Origin: Chrysomallon squamiferum
Lineage: Eukaryota; Animalia; Mollusca
DNA length: 64,000 nucleotides
Reading direction: 5' to 3'
NCBI GenBank assembly: GCA_012295275.1
Contig: CM022679.1
Location: forward strand, 15,128,001-15,192,000
Positions 40,786 through 55,266 of this stretch are shown in pieces (within the stretch, counting starts at the first letter, position 1; each line of letters begins with the position of its first letter). Below the pieces are notes generated by a model. It was given only the letters and a program-made list of their open reading frames with translations, was not told the DNA's origin and ran no database searches. A program made the translations under genes and the position numbers.

Positions 40786-42362
40786 TTTATATCTGTTTAG
40801 GAGCTACTGTTGAGATTTGACCCCTGTACCTCCCAGTTATAAGGACAATGACTCATCTGTTGTGATAAAAAGAATTGTGTTTTATCTATAAAAAGAAACA
40901 AGTTTTTAAACTGAAGATTTGCAGAAATTTAGTAATGAATAATAAATAGCCAAAAGAGAATTACCAGATACATGAATTACATAAAAACAAAATCTCCATC
41001 TTTTAAAAAAAAAAAAATTATATTTTTTTTTTATTAATTTTATTTAATTTCTGTAAGATTTTGTATTAGTACAGGTTAAACAGAAAGTAATAATTAAAAA
41101 CAAATTATTTTATGACTTTATTTTATTATTGTTAAATCATTTTAAATTAACTTCACAACAGACCTTTCAGATTCAAACAAAGCCTTAAAAAAAAGAAATA
41201 ACAAACAAAAAGTATATTCTAAACAACTAGCACAAGTTTTTAAATCTCCTCTATAGCCATTGGCTGTAAATGAAATTTCCCTTAAAAAAAAAAAAAAAAA
41301 TAACAAAAGTTTTTAAAACTGTTCTTACAGCCACAAGCCAAATTGAAATTTACAATAAAAGGAAATGCCTACACTCTCTGCCTCATAAAAGATTTCTTTT
41401 CTCACAAGCTCAGAACAAACTTCCTGTTGTACAGTTAGATAAACGAAGCCTCCAAAGAAGCCATAATATTTACTTAAAAAAGAATTTGTAGTTTTATTTA
41501 TAAGCGTCCTAGATAATAATTTAGGTCACCGAGTTTCCATCAGGCACACATCAAGTCCCGGTCAATAACAACTCACAGTATCACTGACAGGCACAGTCCA
41601 TCCTCTTCTTAATGGACACCCAGTAACACAGCCACCTCCTAAACATGGGCACACATAGATATATATATATATACACATATACACTCTAATATCAATCTAT
41701 TACAGTTTAGATGGTAGCGTTTAAAATCCAGTCTTTGTAGATGTTTTGAAGGAGATGATTTAAAAGTAAGCCTAACTTATGAAGAAGAAAAAGAAGAATT
41801 TTATGTAAACAAATGACTCAACATAATTTAAATATGCATCAGCAAGTCAACAGTTAAGTAATTAATACTTGTTTGTGTGTCAATTGCACTTAATAAATAT
41901 TCAGAAATAAGTGAAAAAAATAAATAAGAATGAATGAGAGAAAGTTATTCAGTTTGTTATGAATAATGTTTGTATATCTGTGTGATAGAATAGCAGTGTG
42001 TAAATAATCACAGGCTGAACACTGCAGTTAGGTGATTGTTGGCTTCACCCAGTTTGTTTACTGTCTGTCTCTTCTTATGTATAATTTTATGTATCATTCA
42101 CATCTGTACACAAGCAGAAAAAACAAACATTTACATAGGTGCATACACACACACAGACCTATGCACATCCCTAAATATATCCCATATATACACATACAGG
42201 CATATACAAATATATATACATTTACACATACATAACTATATAGAAAACATATATATATTATATATACCCACACACACACATATTCATACACACTCATACA
42301 AAATATATATACAAGCGAAATGGTAATCATAACAAATGCACACACATACTCACACACACATA

Positions 42363-42401
<39 letters not shown>

Positions 42402-44045
42402 ACACACACACATACAAGCACACACACATATACAAGCACACACACACAAGCACACACACATATAGGCACACACTTTTACACAGACACCTGTAAAATGAAA
42501 GCAGCACCTAACTATGAACAGATGTGTGTGGGCAGATGAGTATATACCAAACTAGTTAAACATCCACAGTTAGGTCACTACACAGCTTCTCTCCCACAGA
42601 AACACTCTGACCTTAAACCAGACTGCTACCACAACATTGATTATTTCTGCAAACGATACTATGAAAAAAAAACATATATTTATGTTACAAGTGGTAAATT
42701 AATGATTTAAATGACATAAACGAACGAGTGCATTAATTGTTTGGATGGTTTACAATCCTCTGAAGTAAATTAAAGACATTTTTGCTTTAGATTGCCATTA
42801 TGTTTTATGTAAACTTAAAGAACAAGATCTTAACAATTTATGCTGAGATACATTTCTTGAAATAAAGATAAAATATGAAGTATATAAATTATATATATTT
42901 ATTTAACTTGTAGATCAATATTAACTGAGACCATTTAACAAAATAAAAAATGCATCATTTCAGAATTAATAAAATAAACAATAAACTTTCTGCTGTTGTA
43001 CACTTAGAAGATATTTTAGTCTCTACATTTAATAATGGCAATACAACAATAAGTAAAACAAAAAACTCACTCTTTGATCAAATGATTATCAGTAAATGGG
43101 TAATAAAGAACATATATAAATAATATATAAATTTGTAAAAATACATTTAACAGTTGAATTCAGCATCGGTTTTTGTTATGATTTTTTAATTTTTTTTTAC
43201 TCAATATCTGATTGTAGATGAACAAGAAAAATGTTTACTGAAAATGGCTATTTCACAAAACCTTTAAATACAAATGTTAAAGTTAAACAGCAGTGTTTAT
43301 TATGTTTATAGTAAAATGCTTTCACAGAATTTGTTACATTTTAAAAAACTAATTTCAGATTAATCAACAGTATATATTTAATTTTACCAAATATGTAAAC
43401 CAACCTTTGAAGGGTTATTTTACATTTGCTTGAGACTGATTGTCCTGCATTGTTTAACTTGTCTGATTTATTAATATCACTTTTTCAGAATTTCTAGTAC
43501 TTTTTGTAATTTTACATTTTTACAAGACTTGTACATCTGTACAGTCAGCCATGACAGTTTGCTCATTTTACACACACTTAAATGGCTTTATAAAACAAAA
43601 ATCAGGAATAAAAATTATTTAATTTAAAAAATAATAATAATTACAGGGTCAAATTAGAGGCTATATTTCTATTTTAATATAATTTAATTTAATTTAATTT
43701 ATTTTATTTTATTTTTGTTTCTATTTCTCGTTATAACAAATTCAATTAAGAACACTTTTTTTTTACAAATTTGCATAAATGCATCAAAAAAGAATAATCT
43801 ATTTTGAAAATGTATTTTTTGAAAGATTTTATTATTATTTTTTTTTTAATCACATTATTCTAGAAACAAACAAGCAAAAAAAAAAAGAAAAACAAAATGA
43901 AAAACAAACAATAGGATTTCACAAACAATAATTTAACAAAAAGAAATACATAAACACACACACACACACTGATATGCACAAACACAGATAACAAACAGTT
44001 ATTAGATGTAAATTAAGATTTTTTTGTGTAATAATGATATGAGAG

Positions 44046-44305
44046 AAGGCAGGAAGGAAATGTTTTATACTTGACAATGTTATTTATGGCATCAGATTCA
44101 TAGTTAAAAATCACTCAGAAAACAAGAAAAGAAACCCAATGCTACCACTTCATGGGCTACTCTTTTTCTTTAGCAGCAAATTGTCTTTTTCTATGTACCA
44201 TCCCACAGACAGGACAGTACATACATGGTGTTTGTTACACCTGTTCTGGAGCACTAGCTGGAATGCGAAAAAGTGCAAGGAATCCACCAAGATGGATTGA
44301 TCTGA
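44046..44305 (-). mobile_element. Near full-length degenerate tRNA-SINE (Nin/Deu-type core, TTCC tail)
   Basis: GGAAGGAAATGTTTTAT...CCACTTCATGGGCTACTCTTT..TTAGCAGCAA..ATGTACCATCCCACAGACAGGACAGTACATAC; homologous to 60773-60975 within this window. Confidence 0.8.
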
Positions 44306-45424
44306 CAACAACAATAAATCATACATGTTGCTATTAACTACTGTTTCTTTTCATTTTATATTATTGTTGATATAGTTACTGTTTTATTTTGTTATTATTA
44401 TTACTCTTATTTATTTATGTTGTTGTTGTTGTTGTTGTTATTATTATTATTATAATTATTATTATCATCTTTACCATATCTTTTCATTTTATAGTGTTGT
44501 AGATTTATTTCATTATTATCGTTACTCTTATTGACATTATTATTATTATTGTTGTTGTTGTTGTAGTTGCTATTATCATTATCACCATAATGAGCGACTT
44601 CAGTGAATCATAAAAGAATTATGAGTTGCAATATCATTTATTACACAACAGCACTGAAATATTAATGGCTGAACTAAAATGACAGAGTGCATCAAATGAT
44701 AGGCAAATCAAAATAGTTTGCATTGCTGCTAGAAAGTTTATTGATAATACTCATGTTTTATTCATTTATAGATTCACTTTCGTTAAAGCTTCATAGCATA
44801 TAGATGAAGAATAAAAAAAAGTGGTGTCGTTTAGATTAATTCATTTTTTTTTATTTATCTGTTATTTCACAAAATAAACTGAAATTTCATATCATGTTCT
44901 GCTGATGAAAACGTACTTGTTGACTTCTTTTTAGTAACAACACTAACAACAGTGTAACAACTACAACAACAGTACTCTGTTATCTATTTCATTCTGCATT
45001 TTTGTTATTATTTCTTTTCTTCTATTTTCATTTTTTCATTTTTTTTTTTTTTATTATTACTCACACAATATTTAATTCTATCTTTCTGCAAGACTTCACA
45101 CTTTTTGTTGTACCTAATCTTCTTTCTTTTCTTTTCTTTCTCTCTTCCTTTCATCCTTTCTGTACACTTCTTTCATTCATTCCTTTTGCTATCTCCTTTT
45201 ATTCATCTTCTCTCTCTCAATCAAAACACTTCTCCTCTCATCAGTTCCTCCCTCCTCCCTCTTTCACCCACCACCTCCTACCCAACCCGCCACAGTTCCA
45301 GTGTCATTTTTCCCTTTCAAGAAGTTAACCTACTCTCACAGAACAATCTCAAGATCTTCGATAAATAAAACTGCACGCTGCTAGTGACGTAGTTATGGGA
45401 GTGACAAGTGTTGATCAATATCAT

Positions 45425-45464
<40 letters not shown>

Positions 45465-45613
45465 AAGATATCAGCACATTAGCCATGTTCACTGATTTCG
45501 TGAGTTCCCTATTACAAGATTGTGTGGCAAGTACGTGTGAAATGGCAGTGTTGTTGCTCGTAACAAGTCAATTTCCAGTGTAACTTAAACGTAACTACTT
45601 CTCAGAAAAATTT

Positions 45614-45645
<32 letters not shown>

Positions 45646-46690
45646 CAAATAAAATGCAGGCCATTTGTATATGAATTAATTTATTCATTCTCAATATGTG
45701 AGCATGTGCTTCACACACACACACACACACTTAACAGATTACATTAAAATTAAAATAAAAACTGATGTTTTTCAGAAATAGGTCAGCACTTTCAAAATTA
45801 ATTTTCTTATTACTGATGTGTTATTATTTATTTAATGAGTAGAAATTAATTCAAACACAAAAACATTAATGGTTGAAATATGTGACACTGTAAGTCATTA
45901 ATATCTGAAATGAGAACAATTGTGAAGGTAATAATTTAAAAAATGTGACACTGACAAAATATTTTAATTAAATATCATTAAAATTTTGATTTGAGAAATC
46001 TTTATTTTGATAAAAAAAATTATAAATAATTAGTTACAAAATAATAACACCTGTGATTAAAAAAAAGTATTACAACTGTTAATAATAATAATAATAGCAG
46101 TAGCAGTAGCAGAAGCAGTAGTAGATATAATAATCATAATAATAAATAATAATAAATAATAAATAAATAACGACAATAATAATAATGTATAAAAAAAGAA
46201 ATAACAGTGATAATAATGATAAATGATAACAACAATAACAGCAAAATATAAATAAATTACAGTAATAATCATGACAAATAAATAATAAATTTATTATATA
46301 TATATATATATATTAAAAATAAATAATGCTAATAACAGATTTATAAATAAATTAATTAATTAATAATAATGATGATGATAATATTAATAATAACAATAAT
46401 AATAATAATGATAGTAATAATGACACTGTGACAGCACACAAGGTAATGAGACTGCTGTATGAGAAGGAAATGAAGTATTTAACAAGAACCACTGAGTGAA
46501 GTGACACAAGCCAGGACTGAGTTAATGGAAACAGTTATATTTAAACACAGATCAAAGCGAAATAACACAAATCAGCATCTTTTTTACGTGACAATGTTCT
46601 CCTAATCTGTTACAGAAACATGACAGAAAACAGATAATGCAGACTTGTTGGGTTTTTTTCAAAAAGAAAATCAGAAAAAGTGTTTTTCTT

Positions 46691-46726
<36 letters not shown>

Positions 46727-46888
46727 TATTCTTTCATTCATTCATTCATTCATTTACTTTTATTTTTATTTTTATTGGGTTGTTACAGTATATATTTTTA
46801 AAAATTTTATTACTATTTTTTATTTATTTTATTATTTTTATTATTAATTATTTTAAAGGGGTATTAATATATTTATTTCTTTTTTTGC

Positions 46889-46922
<34 letters not shown>

Positions 46923-47853
46923 CCTTAGCTAATCAGAAACAAATAGAAGGAATTTCTTCTTATTTTAAATTTGGTTTTTTTTTCAATTAAGGACAAATGT
47001 CAGAAGTGTGGAGTTGTCAATGGAAAGAGTTTTGTCAACTTAATGTCATCAAATAGAATCATTTATTTCTCAAAAAAAACAACTATGTTTCGTGAAATTT
47101 TTCTGTCTGTTTGACAAAGAGCGAAGTTAATTGAATGAAATCCTGAAAAGTTTATTGGAATCTGCAGACATTTTGTTTTTGATGCAACACTCTTCAGAAC
47201 TGCTGTTACCAGTAATAAGTGTGTTTGGTTTATTCTCTCTTACAACCTCTTCGTACAAAACAGATGAATAGATGAATGAACACATGAGAATATGAATGAA
47301 CAGATGAATGATTACATGAGTATATGAATGAAAACTAGAATAAATGAATGTATGAATGAATACATGAATGAATTAATATAGGCATAAATGAGTGTATGAA
47401 TAAATATTAAAATATGATTAAATAAATGAATACATAAGTAATGTGAATGAATTAATGAAGGATAAATGAATATGTGAATATGCAAATTAAATAAAATATG
47501 AATAAGTAAATGAAAGTATGAATAAATGAATGTATGAATGAATTAAGATAAGAATAAATAAATTTATGCATGAATACACGAGTACGAGAATGAATTAATG
47601 TATGAATTAATAAATAAATAAATAATATGAATATGCATGTATCTGTTCAGAATTTAATGACAGTTTATTAAAATTTTATTTCAGATAACAGAAGCAATTA
47701 ATAATGAAATAAAATAAATAAATTGTTTTTATCCATAAATTATTAGTATTATTTTAATTATACAAAATTAACAGGTAAAATGCAAATAAAGGTTACGAAT
47801 CAGTCAAAAAGACATATATAAATTTAAATCTCTATTTACATTCATGATATATA

Positions 47854-47889
<36 letters not shown>

Positions 47890-48458
47890 GACTGGGAACT
47901 TAATTCTTTTTTATAAAATGAAATAAAAATTGATTTTCATAATCAGCAATATTTAGAACAATTACTTTTCTTTATTACTTTATCATTAATTAATAAATTA
48001 ATTATTCATTATATTCTTTATTATTAATAAAATGAAAATAAATTAATCTTATTGTAATCATCATAAAAAGTGGGAAAAAAAAAGAAAAAAAAAAAGAGGA
48101 AAAGATTTTTAAAAGCTTAAAAGTAATGCACATACAAAAACAATTCATAAAATCCTATTTACAAATGGGTCCTTGAATATGAAAGAGAAAATCAATACAA
48201 TACAAATGACAAGAAGTATTTTAACTTGAATTATTATTTTTTGTTAAACAACAGAAAAAAAGGTTAAAATATTTGTAACTTAGCCCCACAGAGAGAGAGA
48301 GAGTAAAAAATGAAAAAATAAAAATAACTGAAAATCTAGTTAATTTAGCTTCTTTAATGCCATTGGTAGATATATCATGTCAAATAGCATTTAAACATGA
48401 TTTAAACTACATTATGTTAGACAAAGGCTTTCAAAGAAAAGTGAATATTTAATATGTA

Positions 48459-48845
48459 ATTCTGGCTTATCATTAAAATCAATTATAACTTCATAATAAA
48501 TAATTCTGGTTCATAATTAAAATGATAATAAATCCTTCTGGTTTATAAGCAAAATAAATTTTAACTTCATAATAAATTATTCTGGCTTATCATTAAAATG
48601 AATTATAACTTCATAATAAATTATTCTGGCTTATCATTAAAATGAATTATAACTTCATAATAAATAATTCTCGTTTATAATTAAAATGAATTATAACTTA
48701 CTAATAAATAAGTCTGGCTTATAATTAAAAAGAATTATAACTTCATAATAAATAAGTCTGGCTTATCATTAAAATAAATTATAACTTCATAATAAATCAT
48801 TCTCACTTATAATTCGATGAATTATAACTTCATAATAAATAAATA
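48459..48845. repeat. 44-bp minisatellite, about 9 copies
   Basis: tctggcttatcattaaaatgaattataacttcataataaat(t/a)at at 48461, 48505, 48581, 48625, 48669, 48713, 48757 and 48801. Confidence 0.93.
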
Positions 48846-49386
48846 ATCATGGATGCATCATATATATTCTAGTGTATAATTTATTCTTAAACATTAAACC
48901 AATGTCATGATGCTGTTTTAATATGGCTGCCACACAAAATCCATCAGATTCATCTTAAAACTGCCTGCAACTACATTATATACCTGAAAACCTTCCTGAT
49001 AATGAATATTTAACATTACTATATATTTCTGATGGATAAATTTAAATAAACGTTTAAACCAAAATTAGATTATTTTGATTCTTTAATACTGTAGCAACAT
49101 AAAATAACTGGAATATTTCATACATATTTTCCGAGGCATAAATTAAAAGTTATATCTCTGTAAAACCCCTATAAAAAAATCTTAAAAACTGCTGAAATTA
49201 AAATACATATTTTTCGTTTATTTAGTATTTTTAAGTATTAAAGCGAACAATCATTACAATGTCATAAATTTTTTAATACTCCATGTTTAATATCAGCTGC
49301 TGCAAATGATGTTTCAAATTCATTTTAAAACAACCTACATTATGTTGGACAAAAACTTTACAAAAATAAGGAATATATATATATAT

Positions 49387-49442
<56 letters not shown>

Positions 49443-49727
49443 TTGTCAGTACTTAAATTATATTTCTGATGCATAAAAATCAAAGCAAAAACAAAGTCTC
49501 AGTATTTTCAATACAGTCTTTTTAATATGGCCGTCAGATACAATGTGTCAAATACATCTCAACACAAACCAAACTATATTTTGTGAGACAAAAGCTTCCA
49601 GACAGGGAATATTTACAAGACAGACAAGACAAACAGCTGCTGGTGAGAATTACCAGACACTGCCATCAATAACTGACTAAAACTACCATCACCAGTCAAC
49701 ACTTGTTGTAAATGTTACACAGGTAAA

Positions 49728-50335
49728 ACTGTTAATACTAAATGTCAGCATAATTCAGTACTATTATCTTTTTGTTAGACTTATTTACCTCAAGCAACTT
49801 CTTCTGAACGAATGAAATTTAATAATTATACAGAATTTTATCACTGAAATTGCTATTATTAAATGTCAGCATAATTCAGTACTATCATCTTTTTGTTAGT
49901 CTTATTTACCTCAAGCAATTTCTCCTGAACGAATGAAATTTAATAATTATACAGAATTTTATCACTGGTATTGTTAATACTAGATGTCAATATAATCAAT
50001 ATTATTATCTTTTTGTTAATCTTATTTACTTCAAGCAAACTGTTATTTTCTGCTGAGCAAATGAAATGAATTAATTATTATACAGAATTATGACACTGAA
50101 ACTGTTAATACTAAATGTCAACATAATCAATACTATTATCTTTTTGTTAGTCTTATTTACTTCAAGCAACTTTCCCTGAACAAATGAATTGAAAGTTAAC
50201 TATTATACAGAATTTTAGCACTGAAATTGTTAATACAAGATGTCAATAAAATTTTATTATTCTTTTGTTATTATGGTTTATTTGAAGCAAATTGTCTTTT
50301 ACTTTCTGCTGAACAAACCACATTTGAAGTTAAAA
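49728..50335. repeat. Tandem repeat, 121-131 bp x about 5
   Basis: tgttaatactaaatgtcagcataattcagtactattatctttttgttag.cttatttacctcaagcaa...atacagaattttatcactg; units start near 49728, 49849, 49970, 50101 and 50226. Confidence 0.92.
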
Positions 50336-50514
50336 TACTGAAAGGCATCCATCATTTTTGAAAACTGACCAGTTAAAATATGATGACAACATAACCAATA
50401 TTATCTTTTTATTATTATTGTTATTGTTAGTAAGCATAAATCGGTTCTCAAGAGGACTGATTCAACAGTTTCTGCCATGCACCACTCCTTAAGCAGAATA
50501 CAATTTTACCACTA

Positions 50515-51290
50515 ATTAACATGCTAAATCAAAAACATTTTTCATTGACCTGTGAAATACAACTGCAGACCAGTATAACAATACCAAAAAGCAGAGATGT
50601 TAATATCAACACTCATAAGATAAGAACTGATCCCACAATGCATCATTTCTTAGGCACAGCAGCACTCTACTTAACAATCACTATATCAAATTACAAATGT
50701 CTTTACTAATCCCAAAACTACAACTGCCAAATAGTGTAACAGGACCCACAACCTAGAGATGCTGATATCAACATCAAAAGGTTATTTGATTAAAAACCTA
50801 TTTTGTGTTACATCACTTTTTAGAATTCTATCAACAAATCATCATGTTAAATGAAAAGCTTTTTTCACTAATCACCAAAATAAAACAGCAGAACAATATA
50901 ACAGTACCCAAAACCTACAGATGTTGATATCAACACCAAAATAAGAATTGATTCTGCATTACATTACTACCATTATCCACAAATGTTTTCATTAACCCCC
51001 AAAATACAACTAGTAAATTGAACAACAAAAACCAAAAACACGTATTTTAACATCAACTGCAATACTTCATTTGGCAAATGCATCATTACTTGGCTATAAC
51101 AAAGCGCTCAATTTACTAACCAACATGCTAAACCACAAATGATTTCAACCTGCCCCCTAAAACTACAACCAGTGAACTAAATAACAAAAACTAAATAGCA
51201 GAAACAACAAAACACCGAGAGATTCTTCGAGGAACGACAAACAGAGAGCTCAAACCACTGAATCACAAATGTTTTCACTAATCCCTAATC
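50515..51290. repeat. Highly degenerate 130-170-bp tandem repeat, about 6 copies
   Basis: Recurring cacaaatgttttcactaatccc..aaa(c/a)tacaact and agatg(t/c)tgatatcaaca motifs. Confidence 0.65.
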
Positions 51291-53486
51291 TGAAATGAGT
51301 AACAATTACGAAAAGCAGGGAGGTGAATAGCAGCACAACGCTAACAATGTGCCGGACTGTTAATTGGTAAAAACTGGTTAAATGTACATCGCTGCTGACA
51401 ATTATGGTAGAGGAATGACTAGGAGTGACATTAGTTTAAAGCCCGTGACCCAGACACTCTAATGGAATAGAGTCGTCCAATCTTCAAATTACCAGCCAAC
51501 TGAAATAACCACAACATAAAAACTTCCCACAAAAGCTTTCAGCGGTTAAACTTTGTGAAAACCTTTTTCATTTGGGATTATTTTGTTATGATCGGCGCTG
51601 ATGGAATGGGTAACTATCACCTGGGTGAGAAAATAAAAAAAAAAGAAGAAGAAGAAAAGAGAAAGAAACGGATACTGACACTTTTGTTCTCAACAGAGAG
51701 GCCTATTTTGGGGTGTTAAATGTAATAAAAAGATCACCTTCGTAAAGCACATACGTGCCAAGATGTTTGGGCCAGATTTCAAGATAATTACAACAAACTT
51801 ATAAATACATGGACATTACACACACCCACACACACACACAAGTACACTGACACAAAAACAGATATATAGCTTAACACATACAGGTATATCCACACACATT
51901 CTAATAAATACATATACATTACACATAAATATACTCTCAAGACAAACTAACACACACACACACACACACACACATTTAGACACCAACAAGGATGCATTTT
52001 TAACAAAAATCACCATGATATCCATTTATGAAAAAAATATGAATATTCATAATGTGCATATTCATAATATAAATATTCATATACATTATCATACCATCCT
52101 AATCAGAATATACGAAACTTTATTACATAACAGTACTAAACCTTAGTCACACACATCTCATTTCATTGCCTTACCAATCTTTCACCATTCAATTAATTAA
52201 ACAGATAAGCAGTTCCAATTAGATAGCTACCAATACATCTTTAAGATATTCTGTGTTTTAAATAATATCTTCAAATAATACTACCAATATTTTATATATA
52301 TGTAAACATTTTTTAATTTTGTTTCATCCCTTATTATAACACTGGCTGGGTTTTTTTTTTTTTTCATTGTAACTATATAATTCAAGTCACATTATAACAA
52401 ACATATTTAAAATGGGCATCTGTATTAACATCTCGTTTCTAGCAATACAAAACTCATAAAATGGTAAAATTATAATTTTTAAAATTTTATTTTATACCTA
52501 ATAACAGTGAATCTTCTGCTAATAACAGGATGCAGACACAAGATCAGGTTTCTGGACTCTGACTTCAGGAAAACTCTTTTAAACCAGCAAACGTTTGAAA
52601 TTCATTAATTTACATTTATCATATATTTCTTTTTAATTAGCAATCTGATTTTACTGATCCAGCATGAGATTATGAACTTGTACCATTTACACTGATGCAT
52701 TTCATTTAAATATTTAATATTTTATATTTAACTTTTTTTTAAACTAATAAACATTATCATATCGAAACCAGCCTGTATTAATAAACTTGTGCCAGTTTTA
52801 CTAATGTATTTCACTTGCTCATTTAATTCACATTTGATATTTGTTTACGTTTCCAGCAGCAGAAAGTAATTTACAGACACGTGTGGCACAATTTAGTTTC
52901 TCAGAGGTGTATTTTGAAGTATCATTACGTGACCTCTTTTGGTTTAACGAAGCTGATAAACCTGAAATGACTATGTTTCATGAAATACAGATCCTGTACC
53001 TGTACTAAATTCAAATTACATTACAAATATAAGAATCATTTATTAACATCTTGTTTCTAGTTACACAACATTTTATGCTTATATATTATTCCATTATCCG
53101 ATTTTCCACTAAAGAATAGGCTCCTAATTCAAGTCACATAACAAATGTATACAGTAAGAAATGAAGTTTTATTAAATATTAACATCAGACTGCAAGCAGT
53201 TCTTGCCAATATCATGTGCAAACATTATCATATTGATAAATCAATTTCCTAGTACAGCTGAACTACTGATATTCATTAGAGTCGTATCAAAATGTGGGTG
53301 TTTTAAGTCTGGATTATACAATTCAAACTGTTTCAAATGACTACTCAATTACCCATTTTTAAACAGTTAGATTTTAGATTGTGGGTATAATAAATGTGTT
53401 TTAAAATCTTTCATAGAATTATTTCTGCCAGTGTTAAAAAACAGTAAAAATATGCTTCTATGTGTGTGTTTGTAAATATAAGTTTA

Positions 53487-53525
<39 letters not shown>

Positions 53526-53850
53526 AAGGTACACAATTGTTAAAGTGTGTAATACTTATACAGCAGCTAGAGTTTAATTAACAGATGACACCAACTATAA
53601 AAAAAAAATGACATCTACTAAATATACTGAACAGAAAAAGTTAACTGAATTATTAACAAGAAAATTGTTGTCAACGAAAATGTATTATGTTTTTATATCT
53701 TCACACTGCTGAAGACAACAAGGAACAGTACCCATCAAAATTTATATACCATTCATTTTATTATGACAAATATCCTATTAACAGGAACAAAAAAACAACA
53801 ACATGGATTACAGAAATTTTGTACTGCTGCTGTTAGATCAATAAACCTAC

Positions 53851-53994
53851 CTGGACTGAGTGGTGTGGGACTGGTCACAGTAGCGGGCAGTTCTTCGTCC
53901 ACCTGAATGTCACCAGCTGCCACGCTGTTGATGGTCATCATCACAGAGTCATTTTCTGTCGACTGCCGCGAGTTTTCCGAATTCCAGTCTGAAC
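53851..53994 (-). CDS. Upstream coding exon, probably A/B domain of the same receptor
   Basis: gttttccttgaCAG|GT TCA GAC ... CCA G|GTAGGT; 144 nt, phase 1/1. Encodes GSDWNSENSRQSTENDSV...TVTSPTPLSP. GC-rich island in AT-rich flanks. Confidence 0.8.
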
Positions 53995-54692
53995 CTGTCA
54001 AGGAAAACACAGTAGAAAATAACTCACGTAAAAAACTGAATTAATAACAATAACTGATAAGAAAATCAAGAGCTGTCTCTGTAGCATTAAACTGTTTAAG
54101 TTTCTAGAGCCTGTTAGTGAAAGATATATAAAGTTAAACCATAAACCATAAAGATCTGAAATTAATGTCTAGTTATAAACAAATAAGTAAGTAAATAAAC
54201 AACTAGACAAACAAAACACAAACAAACAAACAAGTAAGTAAATAAACAACTAAAAAAACAAAACACAAACAAATAAATAAATAACAGATTGTGAAGTGTA
54301 ATGCATTATGTATTAACTTAACAGTGATAAACAAATACATTACCATAATGTTTGTTCAACATAAATTATACAACATAACATCATTTATTCAACATAAATT
54401 CACACCTGAATAATATACCAACATTATCACAGACATGTACCAGCATAAAAATGTAAACATGCATGTATGCAACACACCCTCTCACGCATACTAAATTACA
54501 ATGCATGTATGCAACACACCCAACCACACATACTAAATTACAATAAGGTATGAAAACAAAAGTGTCCAAGAAGTTAAAACAAAATCTGTGCTATACCCAA
54601 TTAACTCTTAGAAAGTATAAGATTTGATATGTGCTTGAGTTGGTATCAAACTAAGACAGACACCATGACAAACAAATGTTTATTAAACATAC

Positions 54693-55266
54693 CAGTATAT
54701 AATGTATCATTTCCTTCAATTTGGGAGCTCTGGAGCTCCTGGTTCGAATCTGAGGAGGAGATTCTATTCACTGCAGGACTTGGTAATTTATCAAAAACTG
54801 GACTTTGAACAGACGATGGAACTTTGTTATACACCGGACTTTGAACTGACGAAGATGCCTTGTTGTACACAGGACCGTGAACTGACGAAGGTATCTTGTT
54901 ATACACCGGACTTTGAACTGATGAAGGGACCTTGTTATACATTGGACTTTGAACTGACGAAGATGCCTTATTATACACCGGACTTTGAACTGACGAAGGT
55001 ATCTTGTTATACACTGGATTCTGAATTGATGATGAAATCTTATGCTGGGATGTGGTTGACTCAGGCATGGACATTTTTGCTATCACCGGGGCTGTTGCAG
55101 TGGGTGACATCCTCTGTAAAGATGAATTGGTATAAGACGTCTGCCTTCTGTAGCCATAAGAAGCATTTTGTCCATCTGTCCGACAGTCCGCATAAGCAGG
55201 ACTAGACAAGACAGCAGCATTGCTGTTTTTGTGATAGCTGGATTCCGTAACAGAGCCTGACGAGCT
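54693..55266 (-). CDS. Upstream coding segment 2 (Ser-rich, 12-aa tandem repeats), probably receptor A/B domain
   Basis: Frame is open from 55317 to the donor ACT G|GTATGT at 54693 (phase 1, matching the next exon). The 5' boundary is uncertain: mini-intron acceptor or frameshift. Confidence 0.72.
54775..55041 (-). repeat. Coding 36-bp (12-aa) VNTR, 7+ units of K(IP/AS/VP)SSVQSPVYN
   Basis: Visible in the DNA (ttatacaccggactttgaactgacgaag...) and in the translation. Confidence 0.93.

Noticed and set aside
54702-55205. 167-aa plus-strand ORF with YTPDFELTK repeats
   Set aside because: Antisense shadow of the 36-bp coding repeat; splice sites and phases support the minus strand.
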